Shown: positions 34,780 to 43,865 of the stretch, in pieces
Layout: every line of letters begins with the position of its first letter
Position numbering within the stretch: the first letter of the stretch is position 1
Assembly (NCBI GenBank): GCA_963764225.1
Contig: CAVXRL010000008.1
Coordinates: 126,362 to 190,361 of the forward strand
Source: an uncultured Actinomycetes bacterium
Lineage (GTDB): Bacteria; Actinomycetota; Thermoleophilia; UBA2241
Direction of reading: 5' to 3'
DNA: 64,000 nt
Translations under genes and position numbers: made by a program
The notes under the pieces: generated by a model
Told to the model about the DNA's origin: nothing
Databases searched by the model: none
Seen by the model: the letters and a program-made list of their open reading frames with translations, nothing else

Positions 34780-35160
34780 ACGACGACGAACAAACCGGGC
34801 TCCGCGTTGACGGAGCGCTCATGGTCGCCGGCGAGCACCATCACGAGGTTGATGATCGCGAGGCCCAGCGTGAGCGTCGCGAGCTGCAAGGCGGGGAACG
34901 CAACGTGCCCTCCGAGTCGACGCATGCCGAGTCGATTCCTGCGCGCCTGCCCGAGGATCCAGAGAGCCGTCATCATGACCAGAATGCCGGCGACAAGCAT
35001 CGTGAATCCGGTGAACAGGATGCTGCGAGTCTCCGGGGCGAACATCCTCGTGATCACGAAACCGTTGCCACCGGAGTTCACGTGGTTCTGATACGCACTC
35101 CATCCAGACAACCGGCTGCCGTCCGGGTAGCCCAGCCACGGCAGGAAGATGCCGTGATTC
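34780..35160 (-). pseudogene. Fragment of an integral membrane/transporter-like protein with no credible start. It abuts an oppositely oriented permease fragment.
   Basis: Hydrophobic frame …ILFTGFTMLVAGILVMMTALWILGQ…LATLTLGLAIINLVMVLAG… within ORF 33684..35111. Upstream it runs into the + strand permease fragment. Confidence 0.3.
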
Positions 35161-35169
35161 TGCCGAAGG

Positions 35170-35703
35170 CACCAGCCGGCCGGCCGCTTCTGGCAGGCCC
35201 GCCACGTGCCGCCCTACGCGATCGCCATGGCGGCCGTCATCCCCGCCGTCATCATCATCTTCTCGCTGGTCTCGACCGACGCCGTCATCAAGCTGATCAG
35301 CGCCGCGGCCTTCAGCATCTACCTGGGCTTCCAGATGGTCGTCCTGGCCGCGCTGCGCGCCCGCCTCAAGGGCTGGAAGCCCACAGGGGCGTACAAGATG
35401 GGCGCGTGGGCGATGCCCGTCAACATCATCGCCCTGACTTACGGCATCCTGGCGATGATCAACATGTGCTGGCCGCGCACGCCCGATGTCGGCTGGTTCG
35501 ACAACTACATCGTCCTGGTCATGACCTCGATCATCGTCCTGATAGGCCTCGTCTACATGGTCCTCGCGCGGCCTTACGCGCGCGGCGACCAGCCGTGGGG
35601 CGATGCGATTCCGGAAGCCAGATCGAGGAGCCTGAGATCGGCTGAGCCGGCTCTAGGAGAGGCCGCTGCCGCGAGTGAGTTGGCCGGCCCGATCCAGAGC
35701 TGA
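35170..35703 (+). pseudogene. C-terminal fragment (~4 TM helices) of an APC-superfamily amino-acid permease lacking the N-terminal ~300 aa.
   Basis: …AIAMAAVIPAVIIIFSLVSTDAVIKLISAAAFSIYLGFQMVVLAALRARLKGWKP…WFDNYIVLVMTSIIVLIGLVYMVLARP is a typical APC C-terminus. The upstream sequence in this frame has no N-terminal permease segments. Confidence 0.5.
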
Positions 35704-35734
35704 CGGCCATGAGTCCGCGACAGGAGGTCTGACT

Positions 35735-36082
35735 ATGGAGATGCACCACATTCCCGCTGCTGAGATCGCCACCGAGCCGCTGGACGTGGGCCCGGCCAGC
35801 AAGCTGCACCTGGTCGACGTCATCGACCGAACGCAAGGGGCGCCGTTCTGCGCCGGGGTCTGTGAGGTCTTCCCCGGAGCACCCGTCGACTTCGACTATG
35901 ACGAGGACGCTGCGGCCTGTTACATGCTGGAGGGCGACATCAAGCTCACGGAGGACGGCACCACGCGCGCGTTCAAGCCAGGGGACGTCGTGTACATCCC
36001 GCAGAAGAAGGGGTTGGTCGTCTACTGGAGCACCGATACCTACGGCAAGTTCTTCTACGTGACCTATCCGCACTGGCGCTGA
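35735..36082 (+). CDS. Cupin-domain protein.
   Basis: AGGAGG-N7-ATG. A 115-aa beta-barrel (…FKPGDVVYIPQKKGLVVYWSTDTYGKFFYVTYP) typical of a small cupin. Confidence 0.65.
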   Translation: MEMHHIPAAEIATEPLDVGPASKLHLVDVIDRTQGAPFCAGVCEVFPGAPVDFDYDEDAAACYMLEGDIKLTEDGTTRAFKPGDVVYIPQKKGLVVYWSTDTYGKFFYVTYPHWR

Positions 36083-36089
36083 GGCGGCT

Positions 36090-36125
36090 GACGCCACAAG
36101 AGGGACGGGGCGCCCACGGGCGCTT
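36090..36125 (+). terminator. GC-rich hairpin immediately 3' of the cupin gene, a putative intrinsic terminator.
   Basis: GGGACGGGGCGCCCACGGGCGCTTCGTCCC forms an imperfect stem-loop followed by TCTCCTT. Confidence 0.3.
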
Positions 36126-36424
36126 CGTCCCTCTCCTTGCGGCGGCGGCCAGTCTGCAGAATCGCGGCAGCAAGGCCTTGCGTTCGTCGTGTTGATTGCC
36201 AGGGGCGCGGCGACGACTGCTTGCCGGCCCCGTTCGTTTCGTGACCTCGCCAATTTGGAGGCACAGCGACGCACCACCCTCCGAGCATCGCGCTTGCTCC
36301 ATACGACGAGAGAGGGGACGCTCCACTCTCTGATTGTCTGGCCTGCGACAAGCCGTCTGTGCCGAGCGCCGTTTCGGGACGGGAACACTCCGTTTTGAGA
36401 GATGGCGACCACTGAGAGGCCGGC

Positions 36425-37267
36425 GTGGCTGACGACGACATGAGAGAACGCGACGCGGTGGACGACGGCGAGGCCGGTCGTGCCGGGCCGGCGGCCGAAG
36501 GTGAACCGGCTCACGGGCCCGTGCGGTACTCCCGGCGGCGCCTTCTCGTGCTCGGCGGCGCGTTCGCCGCCGGCCTCGCCGCCGTGATCGCCGGTGTGCG
36601 CGCCCTCGGAGGTCCCTCCGAGGTCGCCGACAAGGTGGGCGGCCCCGTAGCCGACCAGTTCGGGACCTTCCCGGTGCGCAGCGTGGAGGACGTGCCCGAC
36701 GTGCCCGCCGGCGAGTGGGTCGTGAAGGTCGACGGCCTGGTCGAGACGCCCCTCACCGTCGACCGGACCACGTGGAACGGCCTGGAGCGCGGCGACGAGG
36801 TCGTGGACTTCCACTGCGTGGAGGGCTGGGGCGTCGACGACGTGCGCTGGGGCGGCGTGTCGCCGTCGGTCCTCCTGGACCAGGCCGGCGTGAGACCGGA
36901 GGCCAGGTACGCCGTCCTCCACGCCTACGGCGGCGTCTACAGCAGCAGTCTGCCGCTGGACCTCATGCGCGATCCCCAGACGCTGCTGGTCGACCAGCTC
37001 GGTGGCCGGCCGCTGCCCCCCGAGCACGGCGGCCCGCTCCGGCTCGTGGTGCCCAAGCAGCTCGGCTACAAGAGCGTCAAGTGGGTGCAGCGCGTCGAGC
37101 TGACCGCGGAGAGCAAGCCGGGCTACTGGGAGTCGAACGGCTACCCGGACGACGCCCCGTCTCCGGGGGCTGAGCCGCCTCACTCCCTGCGGGCCACGGG
37201 TTTCGCCCGGCGCCCCGGGTGGGCACGATTCCGCGCGGACGGCCGTTGTCGCCGCCGGGCGCGGTAG
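36425..37267 (+). CDS. Sulfite-oxidase-family molybdopterin oxidoreductase (YedY/MsrP-like) with a TAT-type signal.
   Basis: [18 protein letters not shown] looks like a twin-arginine signal. …[18 protein letters not shown]…[26 protein letters not shown]…GYWESNGY is the oxidoreductase molybdopterin-binding domain. Confidence 0.8.
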   Translation: MADDDMRERDAVDDGEAGRAGPAAEGEPAHGPVRYSRRRLLVLGGAFAAGLAAVIAGVRALGGPSEVADKVGGPVADQFGTFPVRSVEDVPDVPAGEWVVKVDGLVETPLTVDRTTWNGLERGDEVVDFHCVEGWGVDDVRWGGVSPSVLLDQAGVRPEARYAVLHAYGGVYSSSLPLDLMRDPQTLLVDQLGGRPLPPEHGGPLRLVVPKQLGYKSVKWVQRVELTAESKPGYWESNGYPDDAPSPGAEPPHSLRATGFARRPGWARFRADGRCRRRAR

Positions 37268-37326
37268 ACTGGAGTCCGCGCCCGACCACTGCGCTCCCGA
37301 CCCACAACGTGCTCCAGGAGGCGAGG

Positions 37327-37491
37327 ATGACCAAGTACATCTGCACCGTGTGCGACTATGTCTACGACCCCGAGGTCGGCGACCCCGACAACGGCATCGA
37401 GCCCGGCACGGCCTTCGAGGACCTCCCGGACGACTGGGTCTGCCCCGAGTGCGGTGTGGAGAAGGAAGAGTTCGAGGCGCTGGAGGACTAA
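37327..37491 (+). CDS. Rubredoxin.
   Basis: GGAGGCGAGG-ATG, then [50 protein letters not shown] (two CxxC pairs). Confidence 0.9.
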   Translation: MTKYICTVCDYVYDPEVGDPDNGIEPGTAFEDLPDDWVCPECGVEKEEFEALED

Positions 37492-37578
37492 TGCCCGTAG
37501 GCGCCGCAGGCGCCGTAGCGCTATTGAGCGGGTGCCGGCCCGAAGGACCCGCGGCGCACGGACTGAGCTCCTCCACCC

Positions 37579-38814
37579 TCACGGCTGCGCGTCCGCCGGC
37601 GCGGGCCTGAGCCCTTCGGCGAACGCGATGAGTTCCTGACGCGTCAGCGCGCCGGTGACGAAGGCGGCGCGGCGCGTCCCTGCAACGAACAGCGACGGCC
37701 CTGACTCCTGGTACCAGGTCAGGGCCGTCTCGCCCTTGAAGGCGCCGAACTGCAGCGTCGTCTCCTGGAACGAGAGCCCTTTGGAGGCCGCGTCCGCGGC
37801 CTGGCCGGCCAGGCCCTCCCAGCGCCGCAGGGTCTGTGGCCCCACCTGCTCGAGCGTGAACCAGGAGAGACCCCTCGTGTACAGCTGGAGGACGGCCTGT
37901 CCGGGTGGCGCGGCGGGCGGGGCGCCCATGTCGATGCCGGCCCAGCCCGACGGGAGAAGCTCGGCGCGGCGGGTCGCCGTCGCCTTGAGCGCGAAGCCGT
38001 CCGGCGCGAGGTCGGAGACGAGCGGCGCGTAGCCCGCCGCCTCGCCCGCCGCCGCCGGTGAGGCCGCGTAGGTGACGCTCTCGTCGGTGGCCGTCTTCAC
38101 GCTCGCCCCGGCCGGCGCGTCCACCGCCCACGTGGTGTCGGCGGCCGGCGGAGACTGCCAGTCCACCTTCGCCGTGAAGGACCCCGCGGCGTCGCTGTAC
38201 CAGGTGACGATGCCCGACGCCTGGTCGACGACGACGTCGATGTCCTTGCCTCCCAGCGTCATCGCGGCGCGCCAGACTGGCCGCGCCCCCTCCCGGAGCG
38301 GCTTGATGCCGACGCTCTCGTCGCCGTCCTCCACGACGGTGCGCACGACCGCGGCCAGCCCCTGGTACTGCAGCGGGTTCGGCGTCGGCAGGCGCCAGAC
38401 CGGCGGCCACTCGCCCACCGTGCGCATGTCGCCGCCCCGGTCGCCGGCGAGCCCTCCGCTCGTCGACTCGGTCCGCGTCGCGGCGTCGTAGGCCGCCGAC
38501 CCGGACGGCTCGCCGCCGGCGGTGACGTCGTTCGCGACCGACGCGGAACCCCCGGCGTTCCCGCTCGCGACGGCGCCGAAGTCGCCCACGAGGGTCGTGG
38601 TGCCGCCGTCCGGCGCCGTCACCTGCCGGCTGTAGGTGCCTCGAATGGCGTTCGCTACCGGAGGCGGCGCGCTCGAGCCCGAGCGCACGAAGAACATCCA
38701 CGCAAGGGCGAACACGATCGCCAGCGCGATGAGGGTGGCGAGGAAGCTCGGCGGCCGGCGGTTGACCCGCCCCGAGACGGCTTTGTGGCTCACCCGTTCC
38801 TGCGGGGCGGTCAT
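37579..38814 (-). CDS. Hypothetical membrane-anchored extracytoplasmic protein.
   Basis: N-terminal signal-anchor (FLATLIALAIVFALAWMFFV), then a ~380-aa Ala/Gly-rich domain with no known motifs. Confidence 0.45.
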   Translation of the reverse strand: MTAPQERVSHKAVSGRVNRRPPSFLATLIALAIVFALAWMFFVRSGSSAPPPVANAIRGTYSRQVTAPDGGTTTLVGDFGAVASGNAGGSASVANDVTAGGEPSGSAAYDAATRTESTSGGLAGDRGGDMRTVGEWPPVWRLPTPNPLQYQGLAAVVRTVVEDGDESVGIKPLREGARPVWRAAMTLGGKDIDVVVDQASGIVTWYSDAAGSFTAKVDWQSPPAADTTWAVDAPAGASVKTATDESVTYAASPAAAGEAAGYAPLVSDLAPDGFALKATATRRAELLPSGWAGIDMGAPPAAPPGQAVLQLYTRGLSWFTLEQVGPQTLRRWEGLAGQAADAASKGLSFQETTLQFGAFKGETALTWYQESGPSLFVAGTRRAAFVTGALTRQELIAFAEGLRPAPADAQP

Positions 38815-38957
38815 CAGTCCCGCGGCCGGCGGCCGCCCCACACGAAGAACAGGGGCAGGAGAAGGAGGGTGAAGCCGAAGAAGCGGCGCGAGACGGCGTA
38901 GACCAGCGCCGCGACGAGCACGGCGACGAGCAGGCTGATCCAGAACCTGGAAGACAT
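38814..38957 (-). CDS. Small (47 aa) two-helix membrane protein, translationally coupled (ATGA) to the downstream gene.
   Basis: MSSRFWISLLVAVLVAALVYAVSRRFFGFTLLLLPLFFVWGG…. Confidence 0.35.
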   Translation of the reverse strand: MSSRFWISLLVAVLVAALVYAVSRRFFGFTLLLLPLFFVWGGRRPRD

Positions 38958-39078
38958 GGGTGTAGCCTGCCGCTCGACCCGAGGGCGCGCAAGCCGCCGC
39001 CGTCACGGTGGCGCGTCCCCGGGCTGCTGTGATTACGTAACACGGCCCGAGAACACCCGCAGCCTGAGGAGGCAGTGC

Positions 39079-40551
39079 GTGAAGCGCAACCTGTTCGCCG
39101 GTCGTCGCCGTAGCGGTGGCCTCAAGTTAGACGTCTTCACCGAGGACGAGATCCAGGACATCCACCTCGCCACCCTCGAGGTCCTCGAGCGCACCGGCGT
39201 CTGGGTGGAGCTCGACGAGGCGCTCGACATCTACAGCGACGGTGGCTGCGTCGTGGACCGGGAGACGCACATCGTGCGCATCCCGCCTCACGTGGTCGAG
39301 GACGCCGTCGCCAGCGCGCCGCCCAAGGTGGTGCTGTGCGGCCGCGACCCCAGGAACGACATCTGCCTCGAGCCGGGACGCGTGGGCTTCAGTAACTTCG
39401 GCGAGGGCATCAAGGTCATCGACCCGACCGACGGCCAGCTCCGGCCCTCCACCAAGGAGGACCTCGGCAACATCGCCCGGCTCGTCGACGCGCTGCCGGA
39501 GGTGGACGTCTTCGAGATGGCCGTCGTCAGCAGCGACAAGCCGCCGGAGTCGTTCAGCCTGCACAACCACGAGGCGGCGATCGTCAACCAGACCAAGCCG
39601 ATCTCCGGCGGAGCGCAGGACGGCGACGCCGTCCACCGCACGGTGGACATGCTCGCCGCCGTCCAAGGGGGCAAGGACGAGGTCAGGCGTCGACCGATGA
39701 TGGTCATGGGTACCTGCCCCGTCAGCCCGCTCAAGCTGGTCAAGGACTTCTGCGAGATCGTGATCGAGTCGGCGCGCGTGGGGCTGCCGAGCTGCGTGCT
39801 CAGCATGGCGATGGCCGGCGGCTCCAGCCCCGTCACGCTCGCCGGCACGCTGGTCACCCACAACGCCGAGGTGCTCGCCGGCATCGTGCTCGGCCAGCTG
39901 ACGGAGCGCGGCAGCAAGCAGCTCTACGGCTCGTCGACCACCGCCATGGACCTGCGGCTGGTGGCGGCGTCGGTGGGCACGCCGGAGTGCGCGCTCATCA
40001 GCGCCGGCGCGGCGCAGCTCGCCAGGCAGTACCGCCTGCCGAGCTACATCGCCGGTGCGTAGGCAGACTCCAAGCTCGGTGACGTGCAGACCGGTCACGA
40101 GAAGACCCTCACGGCCCTCATGGCAGCGTTGGCAGGGACCAACCTGATCTACGGCCTGGGAATGATCGAGTCGGGCGTCACCTTCGATTACGCGCAGCTC
40201 GTCATCGACAACGAGATGGCGCGGATGATCAAGCACGTCGTGGGCGGCGTGCGCGTGGACGACGAGTCGCTGGCGGTGGACGACATCGCCGCGGTGGGGT
40301 CGTTCGGCGACTTCCTCAGCCTCGACGCGACCATGCGCCACATGCGCGACACCTCACAGCCGGAGCTCATCGACCGCCGCGTCCGGGAGGACTGGGAGCG
40401 GCGCGGGGGCACCGACATGTACGCGCGCGCCATGGAGAAGGCGAAGGGCCTGCTGGCCGATCACCGGCCGGAGCCGCTGCCCGACGACGTGCTCAAGCAG
40501 GTCAGGGACATCGTCGACAAGGCGGACCGGGAGCGCGCGCCCCAGGCGTGA
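39079..40551 (+). CDS. mttB: Trimethylamine:corrinoid methyltransferase MttB, with an in-frame amber codon (TAG at 40060-40062) at the pyrrolysine position. The full-length product requires UAG read-through.
   Basis: AGGAGG-N6-GTG start. …LDVFTEDEIQDIHLATLEVLERTGVW…LSMAMAGGSSPVTLAGTLVTHNAEVLAGIVLGQLT…[48 protein letters not shown]…QLVIDNEM… ORFs 38956..40062 and 40084..40551 are in the same frame. The total is ~490 codons with UAG at codon ~328 (compared with Pyl334 in M. barkeri MttB). Confidence 0.85.
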
Positions 40552-40650
40552 GCCGGCGCGCCTCGGGCGCTGTAAGGAGAACACAGACGGGGCGGGCGGC
40601 CGTGAGGGCCGCCCGCCCCGTCCGGCTCACAAGGACGGCTTCTGCCGCGC

Positions 40651-41700
40651 TCAGGACTGCGGGAGGCCGGACCCGCGCGCCGGCGCCGAGGGCGGCGTCG
40701 CGGTGCTGCCGTCCCAGGAGTCGCCGGAGTGCAGGTGGACGATGAGTGTGTAGGAGCCGGAGGTCCCCGGCGTGTAGGTGTACGCACCGGGGACCAGGCC
40801 GGGCTGCATGGGGGCTCCGCTGCTCGGGTCCTGCGGCCAGTCCGGGTGCGCGGTCCCGAGTGCGCCCGTGGGGGAGACGTCGACCACGCGCGGCAGCGCC
40901 CCCGCGTGCCGGAGCGCCCACTGATCGACGTAGCCCGAGAGGATGCGCCCGCTGCGGCGCAGGATCTCGTCCTCGAGGTTCGTGAGCAGTTGCTGCCAGG
41001 GGCTGGAAGCCATCGCTCCCGAGAGGACGTAGTCGTGCTTGAGCGCGCGGTGAAGGCGCAAGGTATAGGAGGAGCGGTCCGGAGAGACGCTGTACGAGAA
41101 CGAGCCCTTGCTCTGCCCCTGCCGCATCACGTAGTGGTCCCACGGGTCGCTGGGCCAGTACCGGCGGCGCGGCTCGAGGCCCACCGGCCCGTCGGCGCGC
41201 ACGTCGGCGGGCAGCGGGTAGAGGCCGTGGTGCGCCCGCGCGTACTCCTCGATGTACTCACGGATGAGGTTGGCGCCCTCCTCACCGCGGTGGTCGTAGG
41301 CGAGCATGACGATGCGCGGCATGCCTCCCGAGACGACGTACGTGCGGCCGCCGTCGAGGTACCCGACGAGGCGGTAGCGGCGCCGGTCGGGCGCGACCGT
41401 GTAGCGGTAGTGCCCGCGGGTGGTGCCCGGGAGCATGGCCGCGCCGGTCCACGGGTCGTCCGGCCACCAGGCGCCCAGACGCCCGGGCTGCACCCTCCGC
41501 GCCCGCGGGTACAGGAAGAAGCGTGTGCCGGCCTGACGGTCGATGAGGCCGCGCAGCGCCATGATGCCGTCGCGCATCTGATCGTCCGGTGAGGTGGCGC
41601 GAGCCGTCGCGCCGGCGCTCGCGCAGAGCAGGACCGCCGCGAGGAGTGCAAGCCCGAGGATGAGGGTGGTGCGCCGGATCATGTGCGTGGTGGTGGCCAT
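40651..41700 (-). CDS. Secreted protein with three tandem ~85-aa pseudopilin-like repeats.
   Basis: Signal peptide MATTTHMIRRTTLILGLALLAAVLLCASAGA. Repeats carry WPDDPW…YRYTVAPD…YRLVGYLDGGRTY, WPSDPW…FSYSVSPD…YTL…, and WPQDP…PM…YTYTPG…YTLIVHLHSGDSW. Confidence 0.55.
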   Translation of the reverse strand: MATTTHMIRRTTLILGLALLAAVLLCASAGATARATSPDDQMRDGIMALRGLIDRQAGTRFFLYPRARRVQPGRLGAWWPDDPWTGAAMLPGTTRGHYRYTVAPDRRRYRLVGYLDGGRTYVVSGGMPRIVMLAYDHRGEEGANLIREYIEEYARAHHGLYPLPADVRADGPVGLEPRRRYWPSDPWDHYVMRQGQSKGSFSYSVSPDRSSYTLRLHRALKHDYVLSGAMASSPWQQLLTNLEDEILRRSGRILSGYVDQWALRHAGALPRVVDVSPTGALGTAHPDWPQDPSSGAPMQPGLVPGAYTYTPGTSGSYTLIVHLHSGDSWDGSTATPPSAPARGSGLPQS

Positions 41701-41836
41701 TCCCTCCGCAGTGTGGCGGCGCGTACCGGTCATTTCAAGCGCGCCGCACGTTCCCGGCCGGCGTCTCCTGCTACCATTCGCCCTGCGCGCCCCGGAGCCT
41801 GCGGAGTCGCGCGAGGATCCGTGGCGATGAGGGGAG

Positions 41837-43228
41837 ATGGCGGTGGAGGCGAAGATCCCGACCCGGATGGGCGACGGCTTCATGGTCGAGATGACGCGCA
41901 GCGAGCTGCGCGCCGATCTGGAGGAGGCGACGCGGGCGGCGGCGAGCAAGGCCAAGGTGCCGCCGCTCACGCAAGACGAGCTCGACCACCTGCTGGACAT
42001 CTACGCCTCGCGCGCGGCGTTCACCGCAGTCGACATCGGCGACCAGGTGGTGCTCAGCTGCGACGGCGGCGGCAGCAAGATGACCGGGACCGACCTCCTC
42101 GACCTGCTGGAGAGCGAGCAGCGCCTCGGCCAGGACATCCTCGAGCTCTGGCACATCGAGTACAGCTACAAGGCGATCAAGACGATCCTGCCGTTCCAGC
42201 AGCAGGTGATGCAGAACGTGCAGCTGATGTGCACGGCGCCGGTGCAGTACGGGGCGCAGCCCAACCTGGCCTTCTACAGCAAGCCCGACGGCCCCGCGGA
42301 GAACTGGTTCGAGCTGCTGCCGCGCGGGGACATCGCCGGCGCCCGCGCGGCCATCGGCGAGGCCATGGACCACGCCACCAAGGACTTCATCTACGTGGGC
42401 GAGGGCATGCTGGACGCCGGCGCCGACGGCATGGACTTCGACACCACCGGCGGCGCCGGCGACGCCGACTTCTTCAGTACGCTGCGCGCGGTCCGCCACC
42501 TGCGCGAGAAGTACCCGCACGCCGGCATCGAGGTCGGCATGGCCGGCGAGTTCGTCATCGGCGTCCACGGCGAGCTGGAGTGGGAGGGCCGCCGGCTCGC
42601 CGGGCTCTGGCCCAGGGAGCAGCTCGAGGTGTGCCAGGACGCCGGCGCCACGATCTTCGGGCCGGCGGTCAACATCCGCACCGGCAAGAGCTGCGCCTGG
42701 AACGCGGCGTACTCCATCACCGTCACCAAGCCGTGCATGGACGCGGCCCGCATCCCGGTGCACCCCAACGTCGGCGAGGGCGTCGGCGGCGTGCCGGTGA
42801 ACGGCTACCCGCCCGAGGACGCCGCTTCCCGGGCGGCCAGGGCGCACGTCGACATCCTCAAGTGCGACGGGTTGTAGGTGGGCTCGGGTGACTCCAGAGG
42901 CATGGACGTCACCCACGCGCTCGCCGCTGGCATGGGCGGGATGCGCACGGCCGGAGACCTGGTCGCGCGCATGCAGATGTCACGCGGGATGCGCCTCCCC
43001 GAGGCCAAGAAGTACGTCGCGGAGAAGCTGGGCTGCACGGTCAGGGACCTGAGCGACAGCTACGCGATGGAGCAGATCCGCGGCGAGAAGGGTCTGGGAA
43101 GGATCCTCGACCACTCCAACCTGCACCCCGGGGAGCCGAACGCGATGACGGCGAAGTTCCGGATCGCCGAGCTGCTGGACGTGCCGGTCAGCTCGGTGGA
43201 GCGTTTTCGGGAGCTGGCGGGTCTGTGA
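41837..43228 (+). CDS. mtbB: Dimethylamine:corrinoid methyltransferase MtbB, with an in-frame amber codon (TAG at 42875-42877) at the pyrrolysine position.
   Basis: MAVEAKIPTRMGDGFMVEMTRSEL…DFDTTGGAGDADFFSTLRAV…AGIEVGMAGEF…[65 protein letters not shown]… ORFs 41837..42877 and 42878..43228 share a frame. The total is 463 codons with UAG at codon 347 (compared with Pyl356 in M. barkeri MtbB). Confidence 0.85.
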
Positions 43229-43715
43229 GAGGCGCGGCGGCCGCCGGCCGCTGCGCCCGCACGAGGATCCACGCCACCGCCGCCGCGGCGATCCCGATGG
43301 GCACCAGCAGCACGCCGACCAGCGTGGTGAGGTACATACCGACGCCGGGGTCGTACCAGCCGATGTGGGAGGCGGCGTCCTGCGCGGCGCCGAAGGCGGC
43401 GATGCCGCACGCCGCGACGAGCACGCCGAGGAGGATCGAGTACCGGCGCGGCCGGGTGACGGCCATCAGCACGCCGGCCGCGACGACCGCCAGCGCGATC
43501 ACCAGGGCGGGGACTCCCCACCTGGTGTCCAGCACCCCGTTGAGCCCGCCGCCCTGCGCGACGCTGAAGTTGACCAGCCCCTTGCCGTCCTCGTTGGCCC
43601 ACGGCAGGAACACCGCGACCAGCAGCAGGCCGCCGCAGACGACGGTCAGCACGGCGTCGCCGATCCAGTCGCGGCGGAGGATACGCGGTTGCCGGAGGCG
43701 GTGTGGTCGCTTCAT
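43188..43715 (-). CDS. Hypothetical polytopic membrane protein.
   Basis: Four predicted TM helices and no motifs. It overlaps the 3' end of mtbB by ~40 nt (convergent). Confidence 0.4.
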   Translation of the reverse strand: MKRPHRLRQPRILRRDWIGDAVLTVVCGGLLLVAVFLPWANEDGKGLVNFSVAQGGGLNGVLDTRWGVPALVIALAVVAAGVLMAVTRPRRYSILLGVLVAACGIAAFGAAQDAASHIGWYDPGVGMYLTTLVGVLLVPIGIAAAAVAWILVRAQRPAAAAPLTDPPAPENAPPS

Positions 43716-43865
43716 GGCCTCAGTATGTCCCCTACGGGCGGAGGCTTGAACGCGCGAGGAGGCCTTGAGCGCGCGTCGAAGCCTGCCGATGGATGTCAGA
43801 GCCGGCCACGCGCCGGCGGGAGGGCCGCCCCGTGCGGCCGCACACCGACCTCGAAGGCGGACACG

